Part shown: piece by piece, positions 10,556 to 19,985 of the stretch
Layout of the letters: every line of letters starts with the position of its first letter
How positions within the stretch are numbered: position 1 is the stretch's first letter
Assembly: GCA_965240325.2 (NCBI GenBank)
Contig: OZ251225.1
Location: forward strand, 620,001 to 684,000
Length of the DNA stretch: 64,000 nt
Direction: 5' to 3'
Source: Rebecca billardiae RCC1528
Lineage: Eukaryota; Protista; Haptophyta
Translations under genes and position numbers: made by a program
The notes under the pieces: generated by a model
Told to the model about the DNA's origin: nothing
What the model saw: only the letters and a program-made list of their open reading frames with translations
The model's database searches: none

Positions 10556-12083
10556 GTGGCGTTATAGGGAACCTGCTATAACTGACGCCTCGCTCTCGGG
10601 GGCGCCATGGGGCTGCTCACGACGAAGGCGCCGAGCTGGGCAAGGGAATCGCCTGCATCGGGCACTGCCGGGTGCACGCTCCGCTGCAGGAGGTGCACCG
10701 CAGTCGCCGCAGCCCCTCTGCTCGGTAAGGTCGCTGGCTGTCTGTGTGGCCCGGCTCCCCGCCTGATCGTTCGGCGGCGCGACGTCATCATGCATCTGTC
10801 TTCGCCGCGTCGCCCCTCACGCAATGGTCTCTTGCTCTCGCCGCTGTCGCGTCAACCCGCACGCTTCATCGTTTGAGATACGCGCTCGCCTCGCGCCCGT
10901 GCGTCGCGCGGGTGCGGCGCACTCTGACGCGTGTCTGCTCGCCGCACGTCGCGATCGATCGTGCGCGCGCGGCCGCGCAGTCCTCGTCTCTTCTATTTCT
11001 AAACGGGATTCATCAACTACTACTTGGACGCCCGCTCCAACTTATAAACGGGACTCGCGGGCGCCCTCTCGACCTCGGGCAGCAGCTCAACCGCCACGCC
11101 GCTGCCAGCGCCCGCTGTCGTTCGTTGCTCAAATCCCAACATAGCTAACCTGATCGTTCCATGATTGATCATCGTGGTCGTCTACTCCACGACGCCGCGC
11201 GCCGCGACCATCCAGCTCCAGAGTCCATTCGTACCCGACGCCTTGTACGAGCCGGGCATGGCGGAGTGGCTAGACGTGGCGTTATAGGGAACCTATAACT
11301 GAGTGTCTATGAGCGACGCCAAGAATCCGGCTCGCACCGTCGCACGGCGTCAGGCACGGCATTCCTGCGTTCATCCCGCGCGCACCGCCGCGCGCAGGAG
11401 TCCTGGTGCGCTGCCAATCTGGCCCACAGTGGCGCACCTGCAGGACTCGGTTGGTTACCGCTCACATCGGATCGATCAGGCTTCGCTCTCGGGGGCGCCA
11501 TGGGGCTGCTCACGACGAAGGCGCCGAGCTGGGCAAGGGAATCGCCTGCATCGGGCACTGCCGGGTGCACGCTCCGCTGCAGGAGGTGCACCGCAGTCGC
11601 CGCAGCCCCTCTGCTCGGTAAGGTCGCTGGCTGTCTGTGTGGCCCGGCTCCCCGCCTGATGGTTCGGCGGCGCGACGTCATCATCTGTCTTCGCCGCGTC
11701 GCCCCTCACGCAATGGTCTCTTGCTCTCGCCGCTGTCGCGTCAACCCGCACGCTTCATCGTTTGCCCGCCCGCCCACCCTCGGCCTCTGGCGGATATGGA
11801 AGCACTGCAGTGTCAGCGAGCCATCAGCCTTAATCGACCTTGCTCAGTGACTGACGACTCGCGGGCGCCCTCTCGACCTCGGGCAGCAGCTCAACCGCCA
11901 CGCCGCTGCCAGCGCCCGCTGTCGTTCGTTGCTCAAATCCCAACATAGCTAACCTGATCGTTCCATGATTGATCATCGTGGTCGTCACTCGTCTACTCCA
12001 CGACGCCGCGCGCCGCGACCATCCAGCTCCAGAGTCCATTCGTACCCGACGCCTTGTACGAGCCGGGCATGGCGGAGTGGCTA

Positions 12084-12086
<3 letters not shown>
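10556..12086. mobile_element. Non-autonomous dimeric element, copy 2 (unit A 10556-11275 with ~150-bp deletion, unit B 11276-12086)
   Basis: Same termini, same A-then-B order and same orientation as 2048-3700. TA-rich left flank and (AT)n right flank. Confidence 0.8.

Positions 12087-12174
<88 letters not shown>
12087..12174. repeat. (AT)n microsatellite
   Basis: Pure AT run. Confidence 0.98.
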
Positions 12175-12177
<3 letters not shown>

Positions 12178-12277
12178 ATGTCCTTGACCTTGCGTACGCA
12201 ATCAACTGCCTGGATGCGGCAGGCGCATACATACTTATATATATATATATATCAATGCAGAAATTCCGCCCCTTGGG

Positions 12278-12382
12278 ATTTTCTCGTCGTCGAGACGGTC
12301 GAGTAGAACATGATGCAGCCCACAGTAGGATGGAGATTTTCTCGTCGTCGTAGAACATGATGCAGCCCACAGTAGGATGGAG
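12278..12382. repeat. Short tandem duplication
   Basis: ATTTTCTCGTCGTCG...TAGAACATGATGCAGCCCACAGTAGGATGGAG occurs twice. Confidence 0.85.
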
Positions 12383-13421
12383 TGGGGCACAGCGGGCAGC
12401 GACCAGAAGCAGGCGGGTGCGCGAGATGCGGATATCGCGCCATGCAGTAAGATCGCCGTAAGATGCGCACAGCACAGAGGCAGCGCTGGCTGCACAAGGT
12501 GGAGATAGGGGAGGTGGAGGCAGGAGGGACGAGCACGAGCACTTGGCACGAGGTGCCGAGCTGCGAAACAGCAGGGCAGCTAGCCACACAACTGAACGGC
12601 GCAGCAGCTGGGAATTGGGTAAACTCGCCAAGCAGCGAGTGCGCGAAGGTCACCGAGATCGAATCCGAGCTGACTGCTTTGACAAGCTTTTTGGGTTCGC
12701 CGACCTCACCGTCGATCGAATACAGGAAGAGGAAGAGGTCGGCCAACCATTTGTACTCAAAAACCGAGGGCCTCCCAATGTATGATCAACGACTGGCTGC
12801 AGCAGGTGAGTAGATGAAAGCCAATCAATGAGTTGGACGAATATATTGCTGGCAGAGGACCGCCGCGTGTTTGTAGTCATTGATGCAGCTTGCGTGATGC
12901 TTGGTCATTGGTGGCGGAGATGGTGAGCGCTCAGGGTGAGTGCTCCGCCAGAGTGATGGACGAGTTGTATCCGCCATGCAGCTGTACTCGAACCGGTGTA
13001 GCGCTTCACCAGCAGTGGGCCAGCTCAGCAGGAGGCGCGGGGTACCGCGAGGCAAGCGGCTGCAGCGCGCGCGTCCGATGATGGTGCGTTGACGTCGAAA
13101 ACAGCCAACTGGTTCGCCCTGTACGACGCAAGCGGACAAAGTCGATCGGCTGGTAGTACAGTATGGCCACGTACTTCTCGCCGGCGGCCGACACAATAAT
13201 CGATTATTGTCGTGCCAGCAATAACTACACCGCACATAGTCCACATACTACTATACTCAGTACGGAGTCTCAGCGCAGTCGCGGTCAGTAGCACGACGAC
13301 TCCGACTCGAACCATCAGCTGGATTCATTCCACTAATATACTCAGATGAGTGCGCGCTATATATAGACCGCGCATCTATCATCGTCCGCCGTAAATAGTT
13401 CGTCGATCAGCAGCATCAGCA

Positions 13422-16400
13422 TCACTCATCAGCAGGCGGCTCGTCGTCCGCGTCATCGACATCAGGCGCGTCACCGAGCCACACAGCCTTCCCCGCCGCG
13501 AGCGCGGGCAGGCTGGTGGCCGGCTCGCGCAGCAGCAGCCGGTAGCCCACCTGGCCGGCGCTCGCCCACGCGCACGCGCCCACGCGCGCCACCGAGCGGT
13601 GCAGGTACACGGCACCCACCTGCGCGCCCAGCGGCACGGGCGGCACCCAGCCGGCGGTCGCTCCAAAAAGAGCCTCGCACTCGTCCAGGCTGGCGAGCCG
13701 CGCGCGCGCGCGGCCGATGCCGAGCGCGTCGGCGAGCGCGCGCATGTCCGCGCGGACGGTGGCGGCGGTGACGAGCAGCGCGAGCGACGGCGCGTGCCGC
13801 CCGCCGGTGCTCTGCTGCGCGCCCGCCGCGGCCGAGCCGGCCGGCTGCGGCGGCTGCGGCGGCAGCAGCAGCACACACAACGCGTTCAGTTCGGCGCACG
13901 GCCGCGCGCCCACCGCGGCCGCGGCGCCCTCGGCCGAGCCGGCCGCGCCGGCCGGGGCTGCGGGCTCGGCGATCACCTGCGCGCGCGCGCCCTCGACCGC
14001 CGCGGCCGCGGCGCGCACTCTCGCCAGCGCGGCCTCGCTCGGCGCCGCGTGCGCGCGCGCCGCGGAGCGCGCGCGCACGCGGCCGCGGCGCAGCGCCGGG
14101 CGCAGCGCCGACGTCGCGCCGCGCAGCGCGTGCGCGCCGGCCGGCGTTGCGCACATCGCCGCGCAGAGCTCGAGGAGGCACGCCGCGTCGGCGGCGGCAT
14201 ACGCGCACTGCGCGTCGCTCAGCGGCCGCGCGCCCCAGTCCGACAGCTGCTGGCCCTTGTCCAGCGTGCGCGCGCACACCGCGCTCAGCAGAGCGCCGAG
14301 CGACGGCGTCGAGGGCGGCGCGCGCCCCGACGCGCCGTGCACGCCGGCGGCCGGCGCCGCGAGCAGGTGGCGCGCCGCCTCGCGCACGTCGCACAGCGGC
14401 TCGACGAGGTCGAAGCAGCGCGCGCGCACGCTCCCGTAGTGCAGCCGCTCCAGGTCCGCGCCGAACCCGAAGCCGAGCTTGAGCGCACGCGAGGAGCGCA
14501 GCGCGTGACGCAGTGCGCTCTCAAGCGCGCGCGCGGCCGCGCCGAGCGCGCTCGCGCGCGGCGGCTCCGCGCGCGGCGCGGTCGCGGCTGCGCCCGGCTC
14601 CGGCCCCGCCGCCTCCGCCGCCTCGGCCTCCGCCAGCGCCCCCTCGAGGCTGAGCAGGTCGAGCAGCCACACAGCGACCGCACACGCGGGGTGCGCACCA
14701 CAGCCGCGCGCGCCCTCGGCGCGCAGTGGCGCCAGAGCCAGCTGCAGCAGGGCTGGCGGGCTGGCGCGGCCGCACGCGCCCTCCGCGCCCGCCGACGCCG
14801 GCGGCGCGGCGGCGGTGGGCTGCGCGTCGGCGACCGCAGCCGGCAGCACCGACGGCTCGCCGGGCGGCGATGGCGTCAGCGGCGATGGCGTCAGCCCCGC
14901 CTCCGCTGACGGTGGCGCCGCGCCGGCGGCCGGCTGCGGATGCGGCCGCAACGTGTGCCACCCGCGCCCGCGCTGCGCGCGCGCGTCAGGCCGCCATTCC
15001 ACGTCGAGCGCGAGCGCGCAGCGCGGCGCGGCGTGCGCCAGCGCGTCTCCGAGCGCGCGTGCGAGCGCGCGCATCGAGGGCGCGTCGTCCACCAGCCGCA
15101 CCGCGCACCCCTGCGGCAGCGAGTAGCGCTGCTGCTGATGCTCCGCGGCAGCGGGCGGCGGCGGCGCGGCCAGCGCGCGCACCCACGCAGGCAGCTGCGC
15201 ACTCGGCGCGAGGCCGGGCGCCGTGCCGGGCGCGCCCGCGGCGGGCGTGGCGTGCGCCGAGCTCGCGTGCTGCGCGGCCGCCCACGCCACCGCCGCCGCC
15301 ACCTCCGCGCGCGCATCCCAGCCCTCCGCCGCGCCCCGCGTCTGCGAGGGCGGCGCCGCCCTCACCGCCTGCTCGCACGCCAGAGCCGTGCCGATGCGCG
15401 CGCGCTCCCGCTCGTGTGCGGAGCCCGTGTCCGCGGCCAGCGCGCGCAGCAGCCCTCTCGCCTCCGCGGCGCTCAGCTGCGGCGCCAGCCCGGCCGCGAG
15501 CACGAGCTCAGCGAGGGCGGTGGCGGGCGGCGGAGGGCGCGCGGAGGCGAGCGCGGCGGCGCGGGCGGCGGGGTCGCGCGCCGCCGCCGCCGCCTCCGCC
15601 GCTGCCGCCGCCTCGGCAACGGCGTCGCGCAGCGAGCGCCCGGCAGGCTCCGAGCCCAGCACGCGCACGCGCGCGCACTGCAGCGCGCGCGCGGCCACGC
15701 GCGCGCCAAGCGCCGCAGAGCCGTCCAGCGCGCGCCGCAGCAGCAGCAGCGCGCACTCTCGCGCGCCGCCGAGCGCACAGTCGTACGCACACGCGCGCTC
15801 GCGCTCGGCGGGGGACGGCGCCGCCGCCGCCGGATGAGGCGGCGGCGGGGGCTGGGCGGCGCGCGCGGCGCGCGCGCGCTGCGCCGCGCCCGCCGCGCCG
15901 CCGCCCGCCGCCGCGCGGTGTGCGTCGAGCAGCGCGTGCGCGGCGGCGCGCACGGCGGGCGGCGCAAGCGGAGCGCGCGCGCCGCCGCCGCACGCGCACG
16001 CGCACCCGCCGCCGCACGCGCGCCCCTCCGCCGCCCAGCGATCGAGCAGCACCAGCGCGCCGAGCACAAGCGCCGCGCGCCCGTCCGCGCCCGCCGTCGC
16101 GCGGACGAGCGCGGCGGCCGCGCCCGGCCCGCGCGCGCACAGCCGCGCGCCGCCGCTGCCTCCCGCGGGCGCGCTCGCGCGCGGCGGCGCGGACGCGGGC
16201 GCGCGCGACTCGGCGGCGGGCGGCGCCGTCAGCCCGCGCTCGGCCTGCGCCTCGCACACGCCGAGCACGCCGAGCAGCGAGTGCGCGGACACCAGCTCAC
16301 GCGCCGCCTCAGCCCAGCCGCCGTGCTCGGCCGCGCCCGCGTCGGCCGAGGGCTGCTGCGCGCCCGCGCCGCCCTCTCCGTGAGTCCGCGCCTCCGCGGA

Positions 16401-18191
16401 CACAAACACGGCGCGGCTGCCCGCCACGCGCACGCCCACGATGCGCGTCCCCTCGTCCGCGCTCGAGCGCGCGGCGGCGAGCGCGCGCGCGTGGAACTTG
16501 GCCGCGCGGCGCGAGGCGCCTGTGCCAACGACGACGGGTGGTGGTGCGGGCGCGTGTGTGGGCGCGTGTGCGGGCGCGTGTGGCGCTTGCTCGTTCCGTC
16601 CAAGCTCGGCTGCGGCGCGCTGCTGCGCTGCGAGGGGAGGGCGCATGCCGGGCGGCGGTCGGTGCCAGAGCGGCGACATGTCCCAGCCGTGTGGCAGCAC
16701 AAAGCCCCTGGAGCCCTCCACCCACTCGCCATCATCGCCATCCTCGCCATCCTCAGCCGCAGCAGCCGCAGCAGCGGCGCCGCCCTCGGCGCCGCCCTCC
16801 GCGCCGCACGGCCGAGCGGCGACAACGCGTGCGCCCTCCGCCTCGCCCTCGCCCTCGGGCCCCTGGGCGGCTGCCGCGCGGGCGGACGGCGCGGCCGAGG
16901 CGGGGGCTGCGCCGAGCGCGTACGCCCGCGCGCCGCCGCGGCGCGCGGGCCAGAGCTGCAGCAGCAGCACGGGCATGCCGTCACCGCGCCCGAGCACGCG
17001 CCGCGCCGCCTCCGCCGCTTCCGCGCCGCTCAGCAGCGGCACTGGCGCAATGCCCAGCGCCGCCTCGCCCGGCACGTGCGGCACGCGCGCGCCCGGCGGC
17101 GCGTGCGCGCGCGACGCGCGCACGGGCGCGAGCCAGTGCAGCTTGCCCGAGCCCTCCCCCATCGGCATCGCCCAGCGCGCGCCAGGGAAGGCCTCGAGCG
17201 CGCCCGCCAGCTCGTCCGTGTACCAGCCTCGTCCGTGCCGCGCGCCCAGCACGCCGCGCCAGCCCTCGTCGACGGCGGCGAGGTCGGCGCCGCCGGGCGA
17301 CGAGGCGGGGCCGCCGCCGGCGCCGCGCCGCGCCGGCTGGCGCAGCGGGTAGAAGAGCACGCCGCGCAGCAGCGCGCGCGACTCGAGCTCGAGCTCAGCA
17401 GCCGCGGGCGCGCCGTCCGCGGCAGGCGGCGCGCCCGCCTCGGCCTGCGAGGGCGCGGCCGCGGGCGCGCCGGCGGCCGGGCGAGGCGCGAGGCGCTCGC
17501 GCAGCCACTCGCGCACGATCGGGGCCGAGGCGAGCGCCAGCCGCTGCGCCATCCGGCGCGAGCGGTCGAGCAGCGTCTCGCCGACGAACGGGCCGACGAA
17601 GCGGCCGAGCGCCACGGCGCTCTCACTGCCAGCGGGGATGGCCGCCGCGCCCTCGGCGGCTGGCGCGTGCGCGAGCGCGTCGAAGAGGCTCCCCTCGGGC
17701 ATGTGCAGGAAGAACTTGATGTGCAGCTCCCAGTGCCGCAGCCGGAGCCCCGCCGCGCCCGCCCCCGCGCGCGCCTCGCCCGCAAAGACGTACTTGAGCC
17801 GCACGCACGGCTGCATCGCTCCGTCCAGCAGCTGCACGCCGGTGACGACGTCGAGCGAGGCGAGCACGGGGCAGTGGCGCAGCCAGTACTCGAGCAGCGC
17901 GGCGCAGTACAGCCCGAGCCGCGTGCGCCCGTGCTGCGCCGAGAGGAACGCCAGCAGGTGCGACGCGTCCTGATCAAGCGCGCGCAGCCACGGGGCGGCC
18001 GAGCGCACGACGCGGGCGCACCACTCGTCGTGTACGAGGGGCAAGCCAGCAGCGTCGCCGAGCAGGTGACCCGAGCCGAAGACCCACCACAGGTCGCGCA
18101 CGACCTTGTGCCGCAGGCCGTCGGGCGGATGCGCACCCCGGTGCGGATGGGACCGCTCGTCGTCCGCGCGATCATCAGCGTCGGCATCCAT
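13422..18191 (-). CDS. DUF1853-like domain + DEDDy 3'-5' exonuclease (EXD3/Mut-7-like) + YbaK/ProX-like deacylase domain
   Basis: DUF1853: VRDLWW, RLGLY, HWELHIKFFL, FVGP, RGVLFYP, RGFVLPHGW. Exonuclease: ALDVEW, LLQLA, KLGFGFGADL, LDKGQQLSDWGARPLSDAQCAYAAADA. YbaK: RLASLDECEALFGATAGWVPPV, ASAG. Confidence 0.8.
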   Translation of the reverse strand: MDADADDRADDERSHPHRGAHPPDGLRHKVVRDLWWVFGSGHLLGDAAGLPLVHDEWCARVVRSAAPWLRALDQDASHLLAFLSAQHGRTRLGLYCAALLEYWLRHCPVLASLDVVTGVQLLDGAMQPCVRLKYVFAGEARAGAGAAGLRLRHWELHIKFFLHMPEGSLFDALAHAPAAEGAAAIPAGSESAVALGRFVGPFVGETLLDRSRRMAQRLALASAPIVREWLRERLAPRPAAGAPAAAPSQAEAGAPPAADGAPAAAELELESRALLRGVLFYPLRQPARRGAGGGPASSPGGADLAAVDEGWRGVLGARHGRGWYTDELAGALEAFPGARWAMPMGEGSGKLHWLAPVRASRAHAPPGARVPHVPGEAALGIAPVPLLSGAEAAEAARRVLGRGDGMPVLLLQLWPARRGGARAYALGAAPASAAPSARAAAAQGPEGEGEAEGARVVAARPCGAEGGAEGGAAAAAAAAEDGEDGDDGEWVEGSRGFVLPHGWDMSPLWHRPPPGMRPPLAAQQRAAAELGRNEQAPHAPAHAPTHAPAPPPVVVGTGASRRAAKFHARALAAARSSADEGTRIVGVRVAGSRAVFVSAEARTHGEGGAGAQQPSADAGAAEHGGWAEAARELVSAHSLLGVLGVCEAQAERGLTAPPAAESRAPASAPPRASAPAGGSGGARLCARGPGAAAALVRATAGADGRAALVLGALVLLDRWAAEGRACGGGCACACGGGARAPLAPPAVRAAAHALLDAHRAAAGGGAAGAAQRARAARAAQPPPPPHPAAAAPSPAERERACAYDCALGGARECALLLLRRALDGSAALGARVAARALQCARVRVLGSEPAGRSLRDAVAEAAAAAEAAAAARDPAARAAALASARPPPPATALAELVLAAGLAPQLSAAEARGLLRALAADTGSAHERERARIGTALACEQAVRAAPPSQTRGAAEGWDARAEVAAAVAWAAAQHASSAHATPAAGAPGTAPGLAPSAQLPAWVRALAAPPPPAAAEHQQQRYSLPQGCAVRLVDDAPSMRALARALGDALAHAAPRCALALDVEWRPDARAQRGRGWHTLRPHPQPAAGAAPPSAEAGLTPSPLTPSPPGEPSVLPAAVADAQPTAAAPPASAGAEGACGRASPPALLQLALAPLRAEGARGCGAHPACAVAVWLLDLLSLEGALAEAEAAEAAGPEPGAAATAPRAEPPRASALGAAARALESALRHALRSSRALKLGFGFGADLERLHYGSVRARCFDLVEPLCDVREAARHLLAAPAAGVHGASGRAPPSTPSLGALLSAVCARTLDKGQQLSDWGARPLSDAQCAYAAADAACLLELCAAMCATPAGAHALRGATSALRPALRRGRVRARSAARAHAAPSEAALARVRAAAAAVEGARAQVIAEPAAPAGAAGSAEGAAAAVGARPCAELNALCVLLLPPQPPQPAGSAAAGAQQSTGGRHAPSLALLVTAATVRADMRALADALGIGRARARLASLDECEALFGATAGWVPPVPLGAQVGAVYLHRSVARVGACAWASAGQVGYRLLLREPATSLPALAAGKAVWLGDAPDVDDADDEPPADE

Positions 18192-18851
18192 CGTGGACTG
18201 GCTACATACAGTTTACTATGATTTAACGTGCACACTTGGTTAAGGCGTGATTTAACGCCATCCAACACTGCACAAAGACACCGCCACAAAACAGTTTACT
18301 AAGAATAAGAGACGCACACAGCTCTGGCAGGCGAGATTGACGCCCGACAACTGTCACCGCCCATGAAGCCGTCGCCGACTCGCCGATGGTAGCGCCGCCG
18401 GAAAATTCGTTCAGCCGTCCGCCTGCGAGGCCTGGATGAGGGCTGCGGCCGCCTCGCGGCGCGCCAGCGCCCGTCGTCCTCGCCCCACCGTCGTCCACAA
18501 AACGTCGTCGTCCGAACGGCGAACTCGCCGACTGGGCGCCGATGCAACAGCGCGCCGACAGGACTTGTAGTAGTATGGAATGTCACCGAATGTGGAGCCC
18601 ACATGATGACGACTCAGACGAACTTCTACAATATACTTTGCTACTGGACTAGGCAGTTACTGCTATACAGTACAGTATTGTACGACTACCGTACTACTAC
18701 TACGGTACTACCGGTAAGCTACTCCTGACTCTGAGCTACGACGATACAGTATGCCGATGGCAAGGTGGTGTACAACGGTGGCGAGGCAAGCCTGCTTGGG
18801 ACGGTCTTCGCGTACTGTACATTGTATTCCGCCGGGCATCTCGCCGCCGTT

Positions 18852-19631
18852 TCAGCGGTTGGCCATGATGGAGAGCAGCGTGTTCCACACGATCGCGATC
18901 AGCCCGGAGAAGCCGACGCGCAGCTGCGGCGGGACGAAGGTGAAGTTGATGAGCTGGGGCAGCACCCACACCTTCCAGTTGGCGACCAGCCCGGGCAGGT
19001 ACTCCGAGCCCCACTTCTGCGCGATCGACGACGCGAACTCGCCCGCAGCGGGGAGCGGCTGGCCGAGCGCCGCGTCTGCGAGCGCCTCGGCCGCCCCGAA
19101 CACGGGGAAGAAGCCGAACAGGTTGGCCGGGGCGTTGATTAGCTGGTCGCACACGAGCATGACGAGCGTGCACTTCCACATGCCCGACTTCAGCCTGAGC
19201 TTGTCCACGGCCAGCCACTCGAACGCGTTGTAGCATACGTGCAGGATGGGCGCGAAGTAGAGCACGTTTACCATCACCAGCACGAACACGCGCTTGAGCG
19301 CAAACGCGCCGCCGAGCATGGACTGCGCGATGAAGTCGCCGATGGCGGCGAGGACGGCGGCCGTTGCCATCTTCGTCGGAAGCGGGCGCTCCTCGAGGGC
19401 CGCGAGGTACGCCTCCCATGGACTCTCCCCCAGGAAGCTGGCTGCCGATCCGCCTCGCAGCGAAAGCGCCATCGTCGCCGGCGCTCGCGCCACTCGAGAC
19501 GCGTCGACCCGCGTGGAACGCGCCGTCGGGAGCGATGGGAGCGACGGCTTCGATGTATCGAGCACCGCGTGCGCCCCGGCGCTACGCACCGTCGCGAGCG
19601 TGACGACTGCGAGGAGAAGGATATGGGTCAT
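18852..19631 (-). CDS. Mpv17/PMP22 family membrane protein with N-terminal signal/transit-like extension
   Basis: YLAALEERPLPTKMATA, GDFIAQ, DQLINAP, NWKVWVLPQLINFTFVPPQLRV, WNTLLS. Hydrophobic leader from ATG 19631. Confidence 0.92.
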   Translation of the reverse strand: MTHILLLAVVTLATVRSAGAHAVLDTSKPSLPSLPTARSTRVDASRVARAPATMALSLRGGSAASFLGESPWEAYLAALEERPLPTKMATAAVLAAIGDFIAQSMLGGAFALKRVFVLVMVNVLYFAPILHVCYNAFEWLAVDKLRLKSGMWKCTLVMLVCDQLINAPANLFGFFPVFGAAEALADAALGQPLPAAGEFASSIAQKWGSEYLPGLVANWKVWVLPQLINFTFVPPQLRVGFSGLIAIVWNTLLSIMANR

Positions 19632-19985
19632 CGTGCTGGACTGCACGGACGAGGATCGGGCCATCGATCGGACGTGATGCAAGCAGTTCTCGGCTTTTCG
19701 CGCTCTTTCGAGGGCTTGAATGACGAGGAGGCTGATGCGCCCTCCGCCGCCTTCCCGTTGTAATGTATGCGGGATCGAATGAAGAATCAAAGTTCTGCAA
19801 CCCATACTGCTAGTAGTAGTGTAGCCACCCGGCCGCTGCTAATGAATGGCGGGCCGGCGGCCGCGTCCACCTTGAACGGAGAGCTCGCAACGAGATTGAG
19901 ATTTTTCCGCATCGGATTTTCTCTTCACAAAAAAAACCAGCCGGCGTCCGGTTTTTCTCGCGCCGCTGCAGGCGCCGCGCCTTTG

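Noticed and set aside
14726-18221. ~1000-aa Arg/Ala-rich ORFs overlapping the DUF1853 gene (and similar ones elsewhere)
   Set aside because: Stop-codon scarcity in extreme GC sequence; no domain motifs.
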